From Candidatus Latescibacterota bacterium (GTDB lineage Bacteria; Latescibacterota; UBA2968): 64,000 bases of DNA. The stretch is from assembly GCA_965205975.1 (NCBI GenBank), contig OZ242195.1, forward strand, positions 4,704,001-4,768,000, in the 5' to 3' direction. Made by a program: the position numbers and the translations under genes. Numbering within the stretch: the first letter of the stretch is position 1; each line of letters begins with the position of its first letter. Below are positions 9,816 through 19,461 of this stretch, in pieces. Below the pieces are notes generated by a model. It worked only from the letters and a program-made list of their open reading frames with translations, was not told where the DNA came from and did no database searches.

Positions 9816-11745
9816 CTGCCCAGGGATCTACCCGCGTCAGGCGCACGCTTATGAGTTCACCCGCGCTGATCTGTCCGGATAGGCGCATGTCAACTTGTAA
9901 AGCGTAGTCCAGGATTTCGATCCGGGCGCGCTGATCCCAGATATTTAGTACGAGTGCGTCAAATACCTGTCCTCTGTGTTGCGAGAGATGGTGGTATATC
10001 CAGTAGCGCTCTCGTCGCTGTTCCAGGCGATTGATCAGGCGGAGGCGTTCTTCGACGTAGGGACAGAGTTCTGTCAGGTCGTCCAGAGAATAGGGCAAGG
10101 CTTTATTGTCGATGATGGCGACGAGTTGTCGCTGTGATATCAGGTCCAGAAATCGCCTCAAGGGAGATGTGGTCTGGCAATAGGGTTCTACCCCCAGGCC
10201 ACCGTGCAGACCGGGTTGTAGTGAGATTGCCGCTGCGCGCATGCGCGTCAATACCCGATACCGGTGCAATTGCTCGATGTCCGTGGGTTCTAAGTCGGAG
10301 AGGTCGGGTGCGTCCTGTACGCGAAAGATCGCGGGTGCGTTTTGTTTAACACACAATTTGGCGGCTTCGACATTGGCTTTGACCATCAGTTCGCTGACCA
10401 GCAAATCAGCCCTGGAGTCGCGTTTTTTTATTTCGATGTTCACGGTTCCGTCTGCCGAGACATTCACGCGGCGATCAATTTGATCAACTGCTATAGCACC
10501 GGCTTCTACGCGGTGTATCAAAAGCGATTCTGCCGCGTCAAATAGGGCTGATAACATCGCGTGTCTGGGGTGCGTCGCATCGTTGAGTATTGTGTCTGCT
10601 TCGTCATAACTCAGTTTTTCACAACATCGGATGACGGAAAGCGTCCAGGTCGGGGTTTTCATTACGCCATCTGAGCCCACATCCCACAAGAGGCTGACGG
10701 TCAACCGATTCTCATGCGGGATAAGACTGCCCAGGTTTTCTGATAAGACGGGTGGCAACATGGGATATTTTGCTTCTGGCAAGTATAGACTTGCGCCACG
10801 GTTTCTGGCTTCTTCATCGAGAGATGAATGCGCGGGGATCAGTGCGGAGACATCGGTGATATGCACACCAACTTGATAGCTGCCGTCTTCTCGAAATTGA
10901 ACCGATATTGCATCGTCCATGTCCGTTGTCGATGCGTCGTCAATGGTTACGGTATCCAGATATGTCAGATCCTGACGGTGCGCAAGTTGCGATTCGCTAT
11001 ACATTGCCTGGATCTCGTCTGCTTCTTTGATCAACAGGTCGGGAAAATTCAGGGGTATGTCTTCGCGCATCAATTCGACAAAGGCATGCTGATCCCATAC
11101 GCCTTCGGCAACTAAGCGATCAAAGGCTTTGCGTGCAGAGAAGGTCTTGCCAGCCATGCGTTCCAGCCAGTGTGCATGTTTGCTCTGGTCGCCGTATATT
11201 GCGACGTCTTTTAGCTGGTCGATCCAGTCGTTTTTGCTGGTGCCCTTATATTGGAGCCATTTCAAAAATGCCTCTCGTTCCGCTTCGCGCTCTTTGCCAC
11301 GGGCGACCACTTCCAGTCTGTGGCTGACCTCTGACCGATCAACTGCGCGAAATCCCCGTCCTTCAGTATCGAAGTGGATACTTGTTTCCAATGCGACTAA
11401 AAATGCCGACATGTGCTCCGATGTCGGCGTGTTATTGTAATACAGTTCAGCCAATTCGTTCAAGTGCCAGATTTCATCATCTTCTACGACGAGTTCCCAC
11501 AGGTCGCAAAGGTCAATGTCGGCGCTTGTGGTTTCTGCACGATTGAGCCACGTCGCGCCAGCGGTTTTGTCATTTCCGATGTGTCCGGTTGTCTGAAGTA
11601 TATTTTCTATGGGTACATTGTGAGATGTACGCGTCGATACCGCAAATCTGGCTCTGGTATGTGAGATGTTGACGCACACGCCCGCCATGAGCCGATTTCT
11701 GTAGCGGAACAAAGCTATTTCGTTTTCTTTGGGTAAGGTGTTCAT
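9787..11745 (-). CDS. RNB domain ribonuclease (RNase II/R family)
   Basis: TIDDASTTDMDDAIS catalytic motif, TSPLRRFLDL, C-terminal S1-like region. Confidence 0.92.
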   Translation of the reverse strand: MNTLPKENEIALFRYRNRLMAGVCVNISHTRARFAVSTRTSHNVPIENILQTTGHIGNDKTAGATWLNRAETTSADIDLCDLWELVVEDDEIWHLNELAELYYNNTPTSEHMSAFLVALETSIHFDTEGRGFRAVDRSEVSHRLEVVARGKEREAEREAFLKWLQYKGTSKNDWIDQLKDVAIYGDQSKHAHWLERMAGKTFSARKAFDRLVAEGVWDQHAFVELMREDIPLNFPDLLIKEADEIQAMYSESQLAHRQDLTYLDTVTIDDASTTDMDDAISVQFREDGSYQVGVHITDVSALIPAHSSLDEEARNRGASLYLPEAKYPMLPPVLSENLGSLIPHENRLTVSLLWDVGSDGVMKTPTWTLSVIRCCEKLSYDEADTILNDATHPRHAMLSALFDAAESLLIHRVEAGAIAVDQIDRRVNVSADGTVNIEIKKRDSRADLLVSELMVKANVEAAKLCVKQNAPAIFRVQDAPDLSDLEPTDIEQLHRYRVLTRMRAAAISLQPGLHGGLGVEPYCQTTSPLRRFLDLISQRQLVAIIDNKALPYSLDDLTELCPYVEERLRLINRLEQRRERYWIYHHLSQHRGQVFDALVLNIWDQRARIEILDYALQVDMRLSGQISAGELISVRLTRVDPWADDIQFVMEK

Positions 11746-11754
11746 AGAGGAACG

Positions 11755-11916
11755 ACGAATCAACGAATCAACGAATCAACGAATCAACGAATCAACGAAT
11801 CAACGGAACGGGGTACAACTGGTTCGGTACAATTCATCAATGTAGGGGCGGTGCCCCTGTGCCCGCCCGTTGGGTGGTAGGGTGGGGTTCGTCTATTCGT
11901 CTATTCGTCTATTCGT
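11755..11916. repeat. Element bounded by inverted octamer arrays, (ACGAATCA)x6 ... (TTCGTCTA)x3, with an internal GTAG REP-like hairpin
   Basis: Arrays read directly; GTAGGGGCGGTGCCCCTGTGCCCGCCC at 11842-11868. Confidence 0.8.
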
Positions 11917-11969
11917 TTGCAAATAAAACGGCAGACGATACAATCCGTCTGCCGCGAGTCGATGCATCC

Positions 11970-12407
11970 CTATATTGTGGGCAATAATGCCTCGGGATGT
12001 TTTCGCGCATCCACGTTGGTATGGATTTGCGCGATTGTCCCATCGGGTGCAATGAGGTATGTCATGCGTTTGGCTGCGCGGTCTGATGCCAATTGACAAG
12101 CCCCATAAGATAGACAGATTTCGCGTTCTGTGTCGCACAACAGGGGATATTCAAATTCCTGTGTTTTTGCAAATTTGGCGTTGGCGGCAACGCTGTCTGT
12201 GCTCACGCCCAGAATTTGCACATTTCTATCGGCATAGTCACGGATTCGCTCCTGGAATCCCACACCTTCAGCCGTTCAGCCACCTGTGCTTGCTCTGGGA
12301 TAAAACCAGAGTACGACGGTTTTGCCGCGATAATCACTGAGTTTTACTTCATTGCCTGTGTGGTCTTTGACCAGAAAATCAGGCGCGATATCGCCAACAT
12401 CGAGCAT
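11970..12407 (-). CDS. bcp: Peroxiredoxin (Bcp/AhpC-TSA family) with in-frame UGA at the peroxidatic position; probable selenoprotein
   Basis: GGAGG RBS, MLDVGDIAPDF...WFYPRASTGG-UGA-TAEG; UGA at 12276-12278 is codon 44 and the frame continues to 11970. Confidence 0.88.
12242..12260 (-). promoter_or_regulatory. Candidate bacterial SECIS hairpin
   Basis: GGAUUC-CAGGAGC-GAAUCC stem-loop starting 15 nt after the UGA. Confidence 0.55.
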
Positions 12408-12565
12408 TATGACCTCCTGAGAAAAATTGAAGTGTTGACAGACGGTGGCAATATAGGCAAACAGGATGTGTAAATCCAGTGGGAAAAAGGGAGAGAAACA
12501 AATCTTTACCGCATTCTTTATTCTCTGTATCTTGGAATTGACGACTGATAACTGAGGACTGATTT

Positions 12566-13279
12566 ATGAAAATTGCACATATTTCCGATTTCCATCTTCG
12601 CCACCATCTCGCTGGCGAGAATATCAGGTGCGGGCCTGATCTTATAGCCGAAGGTGCGCGTCATATTGCCGCGCATTCTCCCGATCTGGTCGCTATTACG
12701 GGTGATCTGGTTGATTATCCGCTCGATGCATTGGACGATCCCGATACGGTTGCGCTGGGGGAGAAAGATCTCCATCTCGTGCGCGAATGTTTTGACAGTC
12801 TTTCTTGTCCTGTTGCGTATGTGCCTGGCAATCACGATCATCCCACGTCTTTTCGCCGCGTTTTTTCCGATCAGCCTTTTGATTTTGATGTGCAGGGTTT
12901 TCGCGTGGTTATTTTTTTTGATGAGGAGGGGGATCACAATGTGCCGCAGCGCGTTGGGGCGGAACGAGCGCGGTTTTACTCTGTGTTGGCAGATGACGAC
13001 CCGCGTCCGCAAATTCATTTGCAACACTATATGATATTTCCCGAGCATAGCGGAGGATATCCATATAATTATGGCGATGCGGCGGAGTTGAATGCTGCAT
13101 TGCTTGCAGATTCGCGCCGCAAGTTCGTGCTTAGTGGGCATTATCACGAGGGAGAGGATCTTATGGCAGAAGGCCATATATCTTTTGCGACGGCGCGTGC
13201 TTTTCGAGAACCACCCCATCCCTTCCGCGTGTATGAGATTACGGATGCGGATATTACACAGGCTGAATACACTTTGTGA
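12566..13279 (+). CDS. Calcineurin-like metallophosphoesterase
   Basis: HISDFH, TGDLVD, PGNHD and SGHYH motifs. Confidence 0.92.
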   Translation: MKIAHISDFHLRHHLAGENIRCGPDLIAEGARHIAAHSPDLVAITGDLVDYPLDALDDPDTVALGEKDLHLVRECFDSLSCPVAYVPGNHDHPTSFRRVFSDQPFDFDVQGFRVVIFFDEEGDHNVPQRVGAERARFYSVLADDDPRPQIHLQHYMIFPEHSGGYPYNYGDAAELNAALLADSRRKFVLSGHYHEGEDLMAEGHISFATARAFREPPHPFRVYEITDADITQAEYTL

Positions 13280-13866
13280 GTGGAGGATGTGTGACGTTCA
13301 AGGCGCGACATATTTTTCTACTAATTGCTGTAATCGTTTTGGGGATCTGCGTTTTTGTGGTTTTTTTAGATTACCGAGATGATTTTCGCCGCGCCCTCGA
13401 TGTGCCGCCAACTTCGCATTATGCCGATGATATACCCAATTTGGTTACGGCGTATTACACGCGTTCGGATGTATCAGATATAGAGTGGACGCTTTCCGAA
13501 GCTCTTGCGCCCGACCAGCCGATTCGCCGTTTGGTTTTTGTACTTTTTCTTGTGTACACACCACAGGAGAAGCGCGTTGTCGCATTTTTGCATTATGCGC
13601 AGTTTGGTCCTGTGCAGGGTATTGAGCGGGCTTCCCTGTATCATTTTGATATTCATCATTCCAAACTCACGGCTGGCGAGGTTTTGCTGCTGTGTGATCT
13701 GGCGCAGGGTGCGGATGTTCCGATGAATGATCCCATTGCCGCGCTGGAGTGCCGCGATGCGCTTTTGTCTGATTTGTTCGCGCGCGGTTTTTTGTCCCAG
13801 GCTGTTTACAGTAGCGAGCGCGACCGCGCGCTGTCCCTTTCTGTCAATCCCATACCGGTGAAGTGA
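13276..13866 (+). CDS. Membrane-anchored hypothetical protein, weakly resembling a degenerate transglycosylase domain
   Basis: N-terminal TM helix; FGPVQGIERASLYHF..SKLTAGE resembles GT51 motifs without the catalytic ED. Confidence 0.5.
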   Translation: MSGGCVTFKARHIFLLIAVIVLGICVFVVFLDYRDDFRRALDVPPTSHYADDIPNLVTAYYTRSDVSDIEWTLSEALAPDQPIRRLVFVLFLVYTPQEKRVVAFLHYAQFGPVQGIERASLYHFDIHHSKLTAGEVLLLCDLAQGADVPMNDPIAALECRDALLSDLFARGFLSQAVYSSERDRALSLSVNPIPVK

Positions 13867-13911
13867 TGGTTCGCTGTGAGGATATGGTGAAAAACAAAGG
13901 TTTTATTGCGT

Positions 13912-14487
13912 ATGTCAAAGACAAAATGGTGCGTAAAACTCGATTATGCGAAAACAATTGCCGATCCATTGCGCCGTCGGCTCTATGTTTGCGCGCTTGT
14001 GGCCGCAGCATTGCCGCAAGCGAAAAAGTTTCCGTATGTCATCGTTGGTGGCAATGCCCTGGAGTTCTATACGCTTGGTGCTTATGCCACTGTGGATGTC
14101 GATCTCGTGAGTGAAAGGCGAACCGAAATTGGCAATTTGTTGGAAAGCTGGGGGTTTGATCAGACGGGCAGGCATTGGCATCACGTGGGGCTGGATATTG
14201 CGATTGAGATTCCCGATGATGTTCTCGCGGGATCTGAAGATAAGGTGACACAGGTCGAGATTGAGGATTTGACTGTCTATATTATCGGTGTGGAAGATCT
14301 CATTATTGATCGGCTGGGTGCTTATGTCCATTGGGATTCAACCGATGATGGAAATTGGGCGCAGGAACTCATGGCGCTATACCAACAAGATATTGATTGG
14401 GCATATCTCAAAACCCGCGCTCAGACAGAAGGCGTGATAGAGGCATTGATTGCGTTTAGAGATCAGGCTGAGGAGGACAGAGGTTGA
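13912..14487 (+). CDS. Nucleotidyltransferase-fold hypothetical protein
   Basis: IVGGNALEFYT..YATVDVDLV (GG..DxD) and EDLIIDRL; start uncertain. Confidence 0.65.
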   Translation: MSKTKWCVKLDYAKTIADPLRRRLYVCALVAAALPQAKKFPYVIVGGNALEFYTLGAYATVDVDLVSERRTEIGNLLESWGFDQTGRHWHHVGLDIAIEIPDDVLAGSEDKVTQVEIEDLTVYIIGVEDLIIDRLGAYVHWDSTDDGNWAQELMALYQQDIDWAYLKTRAQTEGVIEALIAFRDQAEEDRG

Positions 14488-14714
14488 AAACTGTAAATTT
14501 TGATCAACACGTTCGAGAGATACGACCGCGTGCGAGACGCTATCAACTCGAGCAACGCACGCGGCGACGTCAGCGCCTGCCCCGTCGTCGTCCTCGCGAT
14601 GCGGAGGCACGTCGGAGTCTGATTCAGTTGGCGTTGAAACGTCGGGCGCAGTGGTTGGAAGACGGTAGATTAGAAAAGATCGGCCCCAGACACTATCGCT
14701 TGCATCTCGATTAA
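14484..14714 (+). CDS. Small Arg-rich hypothetical protein
   Basis: TTG start overlaps upstream TGA; GAGG RBS. Confidence 0.55.
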   Translation: MKTVNFDQHVREIRPRARRYQLEQRTRRRQRLPRRRPRDAEARRSLIQLALKRRAQWLEDGRLEKIGPRHYRLHLD

Positions 14715-14981
14715 AGGCGAGTGATGAATAGAGATACGCGCGATTAAATTGTCGCCTTTTGCTGAGGATGCGGATCAATATCTCTACTTTGGCGGTTTTG
14801 ACGCAAATTTCCTTGATGCACACGATACCGCCTGGATTTACCGCGCGCATGTGGATACGGTTACTGAATAAAGCATTTTTTGGGATTGCATCTTATCTAC
14901 GATACGAGGTGACACATGAATATACCCCTGCTTCGCAGCCTGTCACTGAAGCGTTTTCGGAGTCTTTCATCGGCAGTACTA

Positions 14982-16422
14982 GTGGGTCATTTGCTTTGGT
15001 TATAGCCAATGCGTAATTTTAGATATATCTTTATGCATCAGCAAGAGCTTTCACATTTTCGTCTTTATCGTGGAGGTATAATGGCCCGAAGGCAAAATAA
15101 CCCCCTGCGTATTTTAACAGCAGAAGAACGCACCACCCTGTATGCCATCAGCCGTAGTTTAACACAACCGGCTGCCCCTGTTGCGCGTGCCAAAGCCTTA
15201 CTGGCCGTATCCGAAGGGCATTCGTTTAGTGAAGCGGCTCGAAGGGCAGGTCGTCGCAGTGGTGATGCCGTCAGTCAGTTAGTCGCCCGCTTTAATCAAG
15301 AAGGGATAGCAGCCATAGAACCCCGATACGGGGGTGGACGACAAGTGATCTATACAGAAAAAGAACGCCAACGTATTCTTTGTGAGATAAACCGTGTGCC
15401 AGATCGCATACAGGATGGGACAGCAACCTGGTCGCTTTCGACGCTTCAAGCAGCACTGAGAAAAGCCCCTGATGGGTTGCCCAATGTCAGCACCTATACG
15501 ATTTGGACCGTATTGCATGACGCGGGCTGGACCTATCAAAAGGATCGGACATGGTGTATGACTGGTCAAGTGGTACGTAAGCGAAAAACAGGTGTGGTCA
15601 CCGTGACTGATCCGGATGCACAAGCAAAAAAAAAAGCTCATTGAGAAAGCCTACACGCTCGGTGAAAAAATGGGGCTATCCGTCTGGTGTGAGGATGAAG
15701 CCGGTCCCTTTCAAACCATCCCTTACCCCGGACAGCGCTGGCATCCTGAAGGGCGACCCCATCGTTTGCCACACGAGTATGTTCGATCAGGTACAGCCAA
15801 GCTGATGACGCTGTTCCATCCCAAAACAGGTCGCCTGCGTGTGCGGGGAACCACAAGCACAGCCAATCAGGTTTTGCACCCCTGGCTGAAAGAAGAACTC
15901 ACCGCGATCCTGAAAGGCTTACCAAAGGTAAAAAAGACGCATAAAGCAAAGCAGAATCGCGCATTATGGCAGACCTGGCAAGCGGGATTAGAGATGCCTA
16001 TAACCCTGCCTGAAGACCTCCCGCCATTGCGCCTGCTACTTGTGATGGATAACTTGAAAGGACATCACACGACATCGTTGATCTTATGGCTATTCTCTCA
16101 AGGGGTTATGCCGCTTTATACCCCCCTTGGCGGATCTTGGTTAAATATGACAGAGTCCATACAGCGCATCTTGAAACGGCGAGGACTGGACGGACACTAT
16201 CCCCAAACACCTGAGCAAATCATCGACTGGTTGGAAGCCACTGCTGCGGGATGGAATGGTAATCCAACGCCTTTCGAGTGGGGTGGTAAAAGAGCAAAAC
16301 GACGACAGCACAGCAGAGATAGACGCTATGCCATAGGCGGATCAAGGGCCTTCACCAGATCACCTTTGAGACGGTCTAAATCTGCACTCTATCAATGGCA
16401 ACGCGCATACCAAATGACCCAC
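14982..16422 (+). mobile_element. IS630-family insertion sequence (copy A)
   Basis: Terminal inverted repeats GTGGGTCATTTG / CAAATGACCCAC flanked by duplicated TA within CTAG; HTH ORF plus DDE ORF. Confidence 0.92.
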
Positions 16423-16425
16423 TAG
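15081..16425 (+). CDS. IS630 transposase split at an A10 run (ORF A 15081-15644, ORF B to 16425)
   Basis: [29 protein letters not shown] motifs; removing one A at 15626-15635 fuses the frames. Confidence 0.88.
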
Positions 16426-16650
16426 TATTTGGCCAGAAACAATTGGATAATTTGTATTTAGTTAGCTTTTTCACTAATCATAAGACAATTTTAGAGAGAA
16501 CGGGACAGATTAATATGAGGGTCTTTTCAAGATGCTTCATTATCTTTTGATACATTTCATCATTTGTTTGCATCAACTCCTCCTGTGTCAACCACATTGC
16601 CAATTGTAACTTATTTCAGACTGAGAAGATTCCATTTGACATTGAATATA

Positions 16651-16686
16651 AAAAAGTCGTGAGTGCGCAAACCCTCACGACTTTTT
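16651..16686. terminator. Bidirectional intrinsic terminator closing the 16.7-22 kb operon
   Basis: AAAAAGTCGTGAG-loop-CTCACGACTTTTT. Confidence 0.85.
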
Positions 16687-16709
16687 CGTTTTACTGATAA
16701 TTTATGGCC

Positions 16710-17297
16710 TCAGTTTCCAGTTGGACCTATCCAATGCCGACAGACATCATCAAATCCTTTCTTCCCACGTACCCATTTTAGAATAACTTCAATAATCCTA
16801 TCCAACTCATAGTTACCATTAACAACCAAATCGGCCCGTTCAAGCAGAAGCTTCTTGACCTGTTCCTCGGTGGAGTGCTTTTCAATTTGGGCAAGATAAT
16901 CCAGATCATCTGAAGGTTTATTCTTCAATCTTGAAAATCGAATCGCTTCGTCTACCTGGACATAGATAAGCGATAGTTCAGAAGGTAGGACTATTTTCCG
17001 GATTTCATTCAATACCTTTAGATGGCGTATCCCATCAACAACCAGATTCTGGCCTGGTATCCAATCAACCTGATTCAACACGGACCAACAGAACTGGCGG
17101 CAGTCATTCTCTACCAAACTTTCTCCAATATCCTGCAAAATTTCTCTGGAGTTTTCCAGTCCTCGTCTTTGAGCGATACTCCGCACATAGTTTCCAAAAC
17201 TTACCCTCGGAAAACCTAATTGCTGCGCTACACACTCTGATATAGCTGTTTTTCCAGTTCCAATTTTACCTGAAAAACCCAGCACAAATGGTTTCAA
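16710..17297 (-). CDS. P-loop nucleoside monophosphate / dephospho-CoA kinase-like protein
   Basis: GFSGKIGTGKT Walker A, SFGNYVR, REILQDIG and VVDGIR motifs. Confidence 0.8.
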   Translation of the reverse strand: MKPFVLGFSGKIGTGKTAISECVAQQLGFPRVSFGNYVRSIAQRRGLENSREILQDIGESLVENDCRQFCWSVLNQVDWIPGQNLVVDGIRHLKVLNEIRKIVLPSELSLIYVQVDEAIRFSRLKNKPSDDLDYLAQIEKHSTEEQVKKLLLERADLVVNGNYELDRIIEVILKWVRGKKGFDDVCRHWIGPTGN

Positions 17298-17311
17298 GTG
17301 CCCACTTCCCC

Positions 17312-17854
17312 TTACTCGCGGCTAAATGGAATTTCAGATGCCCTTTTTATGACCACCCATCCTCGACGGTCTCGTTTCTTAACATCCAGCGGTTTTGTAG
17401 TACGTACGTGCCGTATTTTCATTAAAGTAGCAAATGAAGCTTTTTGACGGCTTGTCCAGAATTCCGGATCTTCGGCACAAAGAGCTTCAGTAAATTGAGT
17501 CCGTATTTCTCTCCAAGACTCTGAATCCAACAAATAAAACCAGGCAGTACTCACTTGACATATTCCAACTATTGGTCCTCCTGATTTTTTAAGTAAAACT
17601 AAATCGCCTTTATTTACCTGCCCATAGGGAGCACACCTGTTGGATGAAAACCTTGATTCTACAGTCTTCTTACCATCAAGAATAAACTGAAGATAAGGTT
17701 CGATAAAGATTGCAAGATGAACCGCATACGGTGCTGGTTCCTCAGGATTGAATTCCTGAAGATAGCTATTCCAAAAAGTATCCTCCCTGAATTCTGACTG
17801 CAGATAATCAATGATAAATGAACTAAAATTCCTGAGAGAACGGAAATCCTCCAT
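17312..17854 (-). CDS. ASCH (PUA-like) domain protein
   Basis: PYLQFILDGKKTVESR (GxKxxExR signature), GDLVLLK. Confidence 0.85.
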   Translation of the reverse strand: MEDFRSLRNFSSFIIDYLQSEFREDTFWNSYLQEFNPEEPAPYAVHLAIFIEPYLQFILDGKKTVESRFSSNRCAPYGQVNKGDLVLLKKSGGPIVGICQVSTAWFYLLDSESWREIRTQFTEALCAEDPEFWTSRQKASFATLMKIRHVRTTKPLDVKKRDRRGWVVIKRASEIPFSRE

Positions 17855-18424
17855 AGCTTAGATTCTCCCCTTTTTCGATGTCTATGATTCTGTTGATTTG
17901 ATCAGAAGTAACAGACACCAACTTTGCTTCGTCTGGTTTCAACTGACCTTTCAGATTTTTCGAAACGGCTATGTGGGGAGAGGTACCACAGGCCAATGCC
18001 TGAAAGATAAGTTCTAATACGTTAAGACCATCGCACGCGAACACACGGTTTCCTGATGTCCAAACATCAACCTGTTGACGACGGGGATCTCTTCGGCTTA
18101 CGGTAGGATTGACATGCACTCCAAAGGAATGCGTGAAAATACGCTTCATACCAGGGAGGGGCAAGAAGAACTACCGATGCTTGAAAATCGGGAGGTGGAT
18201 CTCTAAGAGCGTCATTCGGCTTGTCGGGCTTGTCGGAACGCACCAGATGATATTGTTCTGACCGTTTCGCCGTTCAACCTCATCTGTCTGACAACGTCCA
18301 GAATGTGTGAAGGGTAAACTCCTGGAAGTGACATCAGTATCTGATCCAGATTTTTTTAATTCCGTGTAACGGCTTTATTTATCTAATCTTCGACCTTTCT
18401 TTCGAATTCGTTGGCAGCAATCAT
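17823..18424 (-). pseudogene. Decayed gene between radical SAM and ASCH genes
   Basis: ATG overlaps the radical SAM stop (ATGA); MIAANEFERKVED then stops; fragment ILMSLPGVYPSHILDVV; 113-aa C-terminal piece at 17823-18164. Confidence 0.6.
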
Positions 18425-19443
18425 CTGTTTAATGACACTCCTTTAAGTGGCACATCGACAATACAGCACTCCCTTTCAGTACCTGTAAAACGACATTCCA
18501 AACTTTGTTGCCAAGCTTCTATGGCTATCCATTGATTCTTCAGAGCTTCTTCAAATCTTTGTGTTAACCTCTTACCCATTGGTGCAAATTCGCGGATCTC
18601 AAGCGGGACTATACGAAGCGGCAAATTTTCATCCAGTGTCTGAAGGCGATCAAGAAAATGGTTCATATCGTCTTCTATTTTGTTTGACGACAATGATGTA
18701 AATGTCGCGTAGCCATACAGATCGATTTTGAGATGTAGAAATCTTTTCATCAATTCAAACTGACGACCAAAAAGTAAGGGGTCTGCTTGGGTGTTAAAAG
18801 AAAATGATTCAGGACTAAAACCTTTGAAACAGCATACTCGGCCATAATTAGAAAATCCCTCTATTCGTTCAAGATCAATGTCGGAGAGATAATTCCAAAA
18901 ATAGTCATTGCTCAGATTATCGTCTGACCAAAGATAAACTTGCTGCTCAATACCACGTTCCTGAATTTCTTGCATCATCCACGGTACCCATTCAGGAACT
19001 AAATCAGGCTGTCCTCCTGTTAGATCAATTACACATGGAGGATTGGACTGATCAAGATAGAGGTCAATCAGTTCGGCAGGTTTGACCAAGGTAGAGAATT
19101 TGTGATTAGCAGATAGCAATTCGAAGGGCACATAGCAATACCAGCATCTCCAATTGCACGAGGCATTTTGAAAAACCTGTGCTCGCATCTTATCTTTTGG
19201 TGCTATATCAAGAGCTCTGCAGACCGGATCAATTGGTAAGGGATTCTCTGGCCACCCCTCGCTCGTTTTACGACCAAAATGCCGTATGCGACCTAGGCCC
19301 TTACAATTAGGAGGCTCACTCAGATCCTGCTCTTGTTCTGTGCCGATGAAATTGGTGATGAGCAGACGACGGTTCTCAAGATCTACTGATTTTTTCCTGA
19401 GGTGTTCAGAAAATTCGTCTGTATTGATCGTCTTGCTGCTCAT
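18421..19443 (-). CDS. Radical SAM protein, uncharacterised clade
   Basis: CNWRCWYC (CxxxCxxC), LTGGQP; no SPASM Cys cluster. Confidence 0.9.
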   Translation of the reverse strand: MSSKTINTDEFSEHLRKKSVDLENRRLLITNFIGTEQEQDLSEPPNCKGLGRIRHFGRKTSEGWPENPLPIDPVCRALDIAPKDKMRAQVFQNASCNWRCWYCYVPFELLSANHKFSTLVKPAELIDLYLDQSNPPCVIDLTGGQPDLVPEWVPWMMQEIQERGIEQQVYLWSDDNLSNDYFWNYLSDIDLERIEGFSNYGRVCCFKGFSPESFSFNTQADPLLFGRQFELMKRFLHLKIDLYGYATFTSLSSNKIEDDMNHFLDRLQTLDENLPLRIVPLEIREFAPMGKRLTQRFEEALKNQWIAIEAWQQSLECRFTGTERECCIVDVPLKGVSLNR

Positions 19444-19461
19444 GTCACAACCACCTCTTTT

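Noticed and set aside
11755..11916. Possible CRISPR array
   Set aside because: Units are contiguous 8-mers with no unique spacers, and no cas genes are present
16426..16590. Short minus-strand ORF MQTNDEMYQK... with a strong RBS beside IS630-A
   Set aside because: Only 31 codons and no recognisable motif; may be a remnant but cannot be supported
18421..19443. Calling the radical SAM a prokaryotic viperin
   Set aside because: Only the generic CxxxCxxC and GG motifs are shared; the surrounding sequence is not recognisably viperin-like, so it is kept as an analogy
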